Shown: piece by piece, positions 7,627-11,702 of the stretch | Numbering within the stretch: the first letter of the stretch is position 1 | How the letters are laid out: every line of letters begins with the position of its first letter | Source: Candidatus Subterrananammoxibius californiae | GTDB lineage: Bacteria > Planctomycetota > Brocadiia > Brocadiales > Subterrananammoxibiaceae | NCBI GenBank assembly: GCA_030586555.1 | Contig: JAURAC010000052.1 | Span: 1-11,702 of the forward strand | Length of the DNA stretch: 11,702 nt | Direction: 5' to 3' | Translations under genes and position numbers: made by a program | The notes under the pieces: generated by a model | Seen by the model: only the letters and a program-made list of their open reading frames with translations | The model's database searches: none | Told to the model about the DNA's origin: nothing

Positions 7627-8466
7627 ATGGCTGGTTCTATATGGGATGCGGCACAGGGTTGTTGTGTGGCTATGCCCGACTCTGCGTCGTTCCCACTGCA
7701 GGACTTTGCCGCCACCGAGGCGGCGCTCAATACCGGCAACATCGTGGTGAATACTTATCTTGCGGCTATGCGCCAACAAAGCGCTACGGCCGACGTGTCG
7801 CGCTTCAATGCGTTGATTCTGAATCCCGACTATCGGCAGCGATTTTTAGATGCCTACGACCCGGGTCAAACCGACGGGTTCCTCGCGGCCATTGACGAGA
7901 TCGGCACTGAAATCAGCAGTGTGTTGCAAGCCTTGTACTTGGCAGCCGAAGCCGTGGCCGATGACCCAGCGTTGCAAGTGGATCTCGTCGCAGCGACCGC
8001 GGCGCAATGGCTGCGTCCGGCGGCGAACTTGTCTGATAGCCAGAGCCAAGCGCTGGACGCACGGCTCGACAGCGTGCAGAAAAGACTGACGCCCGGATTC
8101 GCGCAGGCACCCGACGTGGGGGCATTGCCGCTCGCGGGCCTGCGTGAATCCACGCGGCGCGTGATGCAAGCCGTGACCAGCCTGCAAGTTTGGCGCGGCG
8201 CGATTTCCGGCCCTTCAAAATTGACGCTGGGCATGGCCGCCGTGGACTCGGTATTTAAGAGCGCACAGGACTGGAGCGAGGTGTTCGTCGGTGCCGAAGA
8301 CGATGCGCAAACTGTGTTTGCGGTTACCACCGAAGCATTGCTGAAGATGAACTGCGACCCGGCTGCGCAGGGCTACAACTTAGGCTGGATGGTGGGCTAC
8401 ATGGCGTTCTGGGTTGCAACCACGGTGGTGTTCGAAACCATCATCGCGCTGGAGTCACCGGTATGA
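7627..8466 (+). CDS. Cassette 1 gene B: hypothetical Ala-rich helical protein with C-terminal hydrophobic segment, 279 aa
   Basis: GGAGG SD at 7615-7619, and the gene starts 2 nt after the gene A stop. C-terminal sequence GYNLGWMVGYMAFWVATTVVFETIIAL. Confidence 0.8.
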   Translation: MAGSIWDAAQGCCVAMPDSASFPLQDFAATEAALNTGNIVVNTYLAAMRQQSATADVSRFNALILNPDYRQRFLDAYDPGQTDGFLAAIDEIGTEISSVLQALYLAAEAVADDPALQVDLVAATAAQWLRPAANLSDSQSQALDARLDSVQKRLTPGFAQAPDVGALPLAGLRESTRRVMQAVTSLQVWRGAISGPSKLTLGMAAVDSVFKSAQDWSEVFVGAEDDAQTVFAVTTEALLKMNCDPAAQGYNLGWMVGYMAFWVATTVVFETIIALESPV

Positions 8467-9485
8467 GCGGCCCACGCGCCAAGGTGGTTTTTAGAACTGA
8501 GAATCTCACCGTGGTACGCGTGCGCGAGAAAACCGGTAACCGTGTGCGCACCTTTGTACAGCAGAAGGCCAAGCTCACGTTGGTGAAATCCAAGGATGGG
8601 AAAGTTCTCGATGATCTTCTCGGCATGCTTCCTGCCGCCGCGTGGCGCTCAAAGTTTGCCGCGCGCATCAAGGCGGCCACGCTATCGGTGGTGGACAAGA
8701 TACGCAAGGGGACGTCCGGCCCCCTAAAGAAAAGGCTTGGCGAATTAGACGATGCGGAGCGCGTGCGCTTGGTTCGCGCAGCGAGCCGCGCACGCTTAAC
8801 GTCCAAGGGCCACATCGGAGCCGTGAACCGCGCCGATGGCTTGATGCGCGAATTGGATTTTTGGCATGAGCTTGAACCAGTCACGCGCACGCCACGTGGC
8901 AAGGCGCTGGACACTGAGTTGCGCAATCGAGTAATCGATTTCAACAAGGGCGTGCCTGAGAACGAGGTCTGGGAAGAGAGCGTCCAGTACTTCCGCCGAG
9001 CCTATACGCCAGGCTCGAGCCCGAAGGGCTTGCCACCTGGCGAAGTCGGCGACGTTATCGCCGCGACGTTTAGCAAAAAGAAAAAACCGCCGCGCGTGTG
9101 GCTGCTGATGATCGGTAACGCCAAAGGCGCTAGCAACGCCGTGGAATTGAGTTCCAAAGAAGGCTGGTTCAAGCCCTGGTCCGGCGAGATCGTCGAAGGA
9201 GAATTCTTAGGCCAGCCGGACTTTGACCTAGAGCGCATACCAGAATTCGGAATGGAGATTCCCGGTGTTGGTACATTCAAGCCTGACCAGATCAAGGTAG
9301 GGCCGCGCTCCACCTTGCGCATTGGCGTGGTACCGCCCGATATCAGCCAGGCCGTGCGCAACCATCTCGACAACTTTGCGAAGTACAAAAGCAAAGCAGA
9401 GTTTCGTATCTGGGAAAGTCGCATCCCCAGTAAGGAAAGCCGCGAGGCGTCGGAAAAGTTGGTGGATTTAATAGAAGAGTCGTAG
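8463..9485 (+). CDS. Cassette 1 gene C: hypothetical basic protein, possible PD-(D/E)xK-like nuclease fold, 340 aa
   Basis: ATGA overlap with gene B and GGAG at 8451-8454. The N-terminal half is Lys/Arg-rich. Candidate motif: E130...GD197-beta...beta-G-N219-A-K221...GQ251xxxDxER. Confidence 0.78.
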   Translation: MSGPRAKVVFRTENLTVVRVREKTGNRVRTFVQQKAKLTLVKSKDGKVLDDLLGMLPAAAWRSKFAARIKAATLSVVDKIRKGTSGPLKKRLGELDDAERVRLVRAASRARLTSKGHIGAVNRADGLMRELDFWHELEPVTRTPRGKALDTELRNRVIDFNKGVPENEVWEESVQYFRRAYTPGSSPKGLPPGEVGDVIAATFSKKKKPPRVWLLMIGNAKGASNAVELSSKEGWFKPWSGEIVEGEFLGQPDFDLERIPEFGMEIPGVGTFKPDQIKVGPRSTLRIGVVPPDISQAVRNHLDNFAKYKSKAEFRIWESRIPSKESREASEKLVDLIEES

Positions 9486-9540
9486 CAAGGATTTGTAGTA
9501 GGGGCAGGTATGACCTATGGACATTATTGTAGTGGCCCAA

Positions 9541-9617
9541 GTTACGGTCGGCGGGGGCGTCGTCACCCCCGCCTCCGTTTCAAAACCGGACGTGCGCCTT
9601 TCAACGCATCCGGCTCC
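9541..9617 (-). mobile_element. Group II intron 3' remnant (domains V and VI), no IEP/RT ORF
   Basis: The minus strand reads GGAGCCGGATGCGTT-GAAA-GGCGCACGTCCGGTTTT (DV with AGC triad, GAAA tetraloop and 2-nt bulge). It continues ACGGAGGCGGGGGTG-ACGA-CGCCCCCGCCGACCGTAAC (DVI hairpin, candidate branch A at -8, terminal AC). Confidence 0.88.
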
Positions 9618-9750
9618 TGAGTCTACGGGCTGTTGTGTAAGCGGATCACCCATTAACAGTCGGTGTCAAGAGGCACAAATACGCGGGTCAGGCTTCCAAA
9701 ATTGCAAGTTGAGAAGGGAATGGCGTCATGTTTTGCGATTGCACATAGTA

Positions 9751-9812
9751 GCCCAACAAGGCGTTCCAGCGGACGCGCAAATAGCGCGCGCCGCTGAACT
9801 TGGTCGTTAGTG
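9751..9812 (+). other. attC site 1 (62 bp)
   Basis: R'' GCCCAAC, 5-nt spacer, L'' GTTCCAGC, inner stem GGACGCGC-AAATA-GCGCGCGCC, L' GCTGAAC, 6-nt spacer, R' GTTAGTG. Confidence 0.9.
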
Positions 9813-9847
9813 GCAGTAACTATCAATAAAGTACCAGGAGGTTAAAG

Positions 9848-10054
9848 ATGTTAAATACATTATGGGGTGTTGTCAAAAAAGAAAAAATTGAGCTTCTGGA
9901 AAAGGCGAATATCCCTGAAGGGACAAAGGTTTTGGTAACTGTGTTACCTGACGATACTGATTCACAGTTCTGGTTGAAAACAAGCCAAATCTCTTTGGAT
10001 GCGATTTGGAATAACTCAGAGGATGATGTGTATGCAGAATTACTCAAAGAATGA
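9848..10054 (+). CDS. Putative antitoxin of the PemK/MazF pair, 68 aa
   Basis: Small ORF with AGGAGG SD (9836-9841). It has a beta-rich N-terminus (IPEGTKVLVTVL) and an acidic C-terminus (SLDAIWNNSEDDVY), and overlaps the downstream toxin. Confidence 0.75.
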   Translation: MLNTLWGVVKKEKIELLEKANIPEGTKVLVTVLPDDTDSQFWLKTSQISLDAIWNNSEDDVYAELLKE

Positions 10055-10361
10055 TGTAATTTTAGTCCGTTATCCCTTTGCAGATTTGTCAAGCTCAAAG
10101 GTCAGACCTGCGGTTGTTATCAGTACGCCACATATCTCTGATGACATTTTTGTTGTGCCACTGACCAGTAAGACAGCATCTCTTTTGCCAGGTGAGTTTG
10201 TACTGACAGACTGGAATAGTGCGGGGCTTAATGTGATCACGGCGGTTAAGCGTGGCATTTACACTGCGAACAGGAGTTTGGTCATTAAAGGGGTTGGGAA
10301 ACTATCCTCATCTGATTCCAAAAGGATAGAAAGTTCTTTGCGTAAGTGGTTAGGGTTTTAG
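10032..10361 (+). CDS. mazF: PemK/MazF-family toxin (endoribonuclease), 109 aa; start placed at ATG 10032
   Basis: DVILVRYPFADLSSSKVRPAVVIS...VVPLTS is the PemK/MazF signature. A GAGGA SD at 10019-10023 supports ATG 10032 over 9999. Confidence 0.9.
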   Translation: MQNYSKNDVILVRYPFADLSSSKVRPAVVISTPHISDDIFVVPLTSKTASLLPGEFVLTDWNSAGLNVITAVKRGIYTANRSLVIKGVGKLSSSDSKRIESSLRKWLGF

Positions 10362-10370
10362 AAGATGCGA

Positions 10371-10430
10371 GACTAACAAATCGTTACAGCAGACGGCAAA
10401 AAACGCCGCCGCTGATTTTGGGTGTTAGGC
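10371..10430 (+). other. attC site 2 (60 bp)
   Basis: R'' GACTAAC (ACTAAC complements GTTAGT at 9806), L'' GTTACAGC, stem GACGGC-AAAAAAC-GCCGCC, degenerate L' GCTGATT, R' GTTAGGC. Confidence 0.85.
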
Positions 10431-10475
10431 GACATTTTGCTTGACAAGTGCCTTCTAATGGGTGACCCTTTCTCT

Positions 10476-10964
10476 TTACTTTTTCAACAGTTCCCTCAGT
10501 TCATTCTCGAATTCTTCTTCTGATACGTAACCAACATGTTTGCTGGCTACTTTGCCGTCTTTTCCGTAAACAATAGTTGTTGGGTATGCCTGTAGGTCAT
10601 ATTTCTGGGCAATATCACCCCCATCAAGATAAACCGGGTAATTCATACCCATTTTTTTCATGAATGGTGGAACTACTTCTTGCCCATTTTCATCAAAGGC
10701 AATCCCAATGATCTCTAGACCCTTATCTTTATATTTCTTGTAAAGATTGATAAAACCGGGTATCTCTTTCCTGCATGGCGGACACCATGTTGCCCACAGG
10801 TCAAGGATCACCACCTTGCCTTTGTTGCTCTCAAGCAAGGTATTTAATTCCGCAAGTTTTATTTGCTTAACTGCCTCTCCTGCGAAAGAAGGTATCGGTA
10901 CTATAATCAGGCTCACTGCAAACAAAAAAGCAAAACATTTATATTTAAATATTTTTTTATTCAT
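10476..10964 (-). CDS. tlpA: TlpA-family thiol-disulfide oxidoreductase (alternative start 10976)
   Basis: GKVVILDLWATWCPPCRKEIP, YPTT cis-Pro loop and an N-terminal signal peptide. GGAG (10974-10971) precedes ATG 10964. Confidence 0.9.
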   Translation of the reverse strand: MNKKIFKYKCFAFLFAVSLIIVPIPSFAGEAVKQIKLAELNTLLESNKGKVVILDLWATWCPPCRKEIPGFINLYKKYKDKGLEIIGIAFDENGQEVVPPFMKKMGMNYPVYLDGGDIAQKYDLQAYPTTIVYGKDGKVASKHVGYVSEEEFENELRELLKK

Positions 10965-11041
10965 GATTGGCTCCATTCTGTTTAAAATGATTACAAATAA
11001 TTCAAGGTTTCAGCCTTGAAAGTTCACTTCCGAAGAGTAAA

Positions 11042-11702
11042 TTAAGCGCTGCAGGGTTTTTGGACACGTCGATGCATATAATACATTGAGTTACCGCATT
11101 TATCGCATATTGAAATCTCCTCCCTCTTTTTCATGTATCTTATCAATGTAGTCACAAAGCCTGCATGACTCCAGGTCAAAGGTGACACCGATAACGGCGC
11201 ATTGGTATAAGGGTCTATCTGTTCTGCAAGGACGCCTGATGTCAGCGCCCTATCCACAACCCATTCGAGGGTCGGCAAGGCATTATTCAGTTCCGTTAAA
11301 TTCTTTGCACGCATGATCTCATACTCCGCCAGCCACATCGTACAAATAAACCACGGGTTTCCAGTCGCATGCTCTGCATCATTACTGACACGATGATAAA
11401 AATCGTTGGTATACCTGGCAATTCCACTCACAGACATCTTTACCCACAGTTTCTCCTTCACTGCGTTCATTGTCGATGTAACATTGATAATTTCGGGCTG
11501 AACGTTCCAAAGGCAACGAGCCCATAAAGGCTCGCATCTACCGTCATATCCAGTTCATACCCCTTTGCAGCCCTTTTCCCCATCCTTGCGAATCTTCCCT
11601 CATCCTTATTATAAAAATATGTTATCAATGCCTTTTTCATTTTTTCTGCAATTTCATAATATTTTTTGCCGTATTCCTGTTCACCAAAGGCGCAGGCAAA
11701 GT
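11042..11702 (-). pseudogene. Glycoside hydrolase family 15 (glucoamylase-like), C-terminal part, with a frameshift near 11490
   Basis: The downstream frame has GIARYTNDFY, GNPWFICTMWLA, GVLAEQIDP and SVSPLTWSHA. The upstream GH15-like frame (…MKKALITYFYNKDEGRFAR…DMTVDASLYGLVAFGTFSP) is a different frame and stops at TGA 11469-11467. Confidence 0.75.

Larger units (their letters stand above)
5071..10430 (+). mobile_element. Integron relic (truncated intI, attI-like site, two gene cassettes)
   Basis: IntI C-terminus, GTTGGGC core, two attC sites whose R'' boxes complement the core site preceding each cassette, co-oriented cassette genes, and a compositional shift in cassette 1. Confidence 0.85.

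Noticed and set aside
5349..9540. Many antisense and alternate-frame ORFs in cassette 1 (e.g. 6341..6967, 7291..7779, 7866..8330, 8441..8947, 9002..9424)
   Set aside because: Shadow ORFs expected in GC-rich coding DNA. The + strand genes have SD sites and coupling.
9549..9573. GC-rich hairpin as a rho-independent terminator for gene C
   Set aside because: Fully explained as intron domain VI, and there is no immediate U-tract. An incidental terminator role is not excluded.
9468..9810. ORFs 9517..9810 (+) and 9468..9653 (-)
   Set aside because: They run through intron DV/DVI and the attC, with no recognisable protein features.
10441..10470. Sigma70 promoter from a perfect TTGACA
   Set aside because: No -10 hexamer at 16-18 nt spacing, and it would point antisense into tlpA.

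Overview
AT-rich host DNA carries minus-strand genes. From right to left these are a frameshifted GH15 glycoside hydrolase, a TlpA thioredoxin, a radical SAM/ArsM-like methyltransferase fusion, a GDCCVxC-type Cys-rich protein, a 12-heme cytochrome c lipoprotein and dsbD. The gene content resembles anammox Planctomycetes or similar anaerobes, but that is inference only. An integron relic on the + strand (~5071-10430) interrupts this run. It begins with the last 27 codons of an intI integrase pointing towards the array (a 'reverse' arrangement). An attI-like region follows, with a duplicated palindrome and a G|TTGGGC core, and then two cassettes closed by recognisable attC sites. Cassette 1 is unusually large (~4.5 kb) and clearly more GC-rich than the flanks. 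It encodes three translationally coupled unknown proteins: a putative beta-pore-forming/translocon-like protein split by a +1 frameshift, a helical protein with a C-terminal hydrophobic segment, and a basic protein with a variant PD-(D/E)xK-like motif. This is the best candidate for an undescribed toxin or defence system. An antisense group II intron 3' end (domains V-VI, AGC triad) lies just before its attC. Cassette 2 is a PemK/MazF toxin-antitoxin pair.
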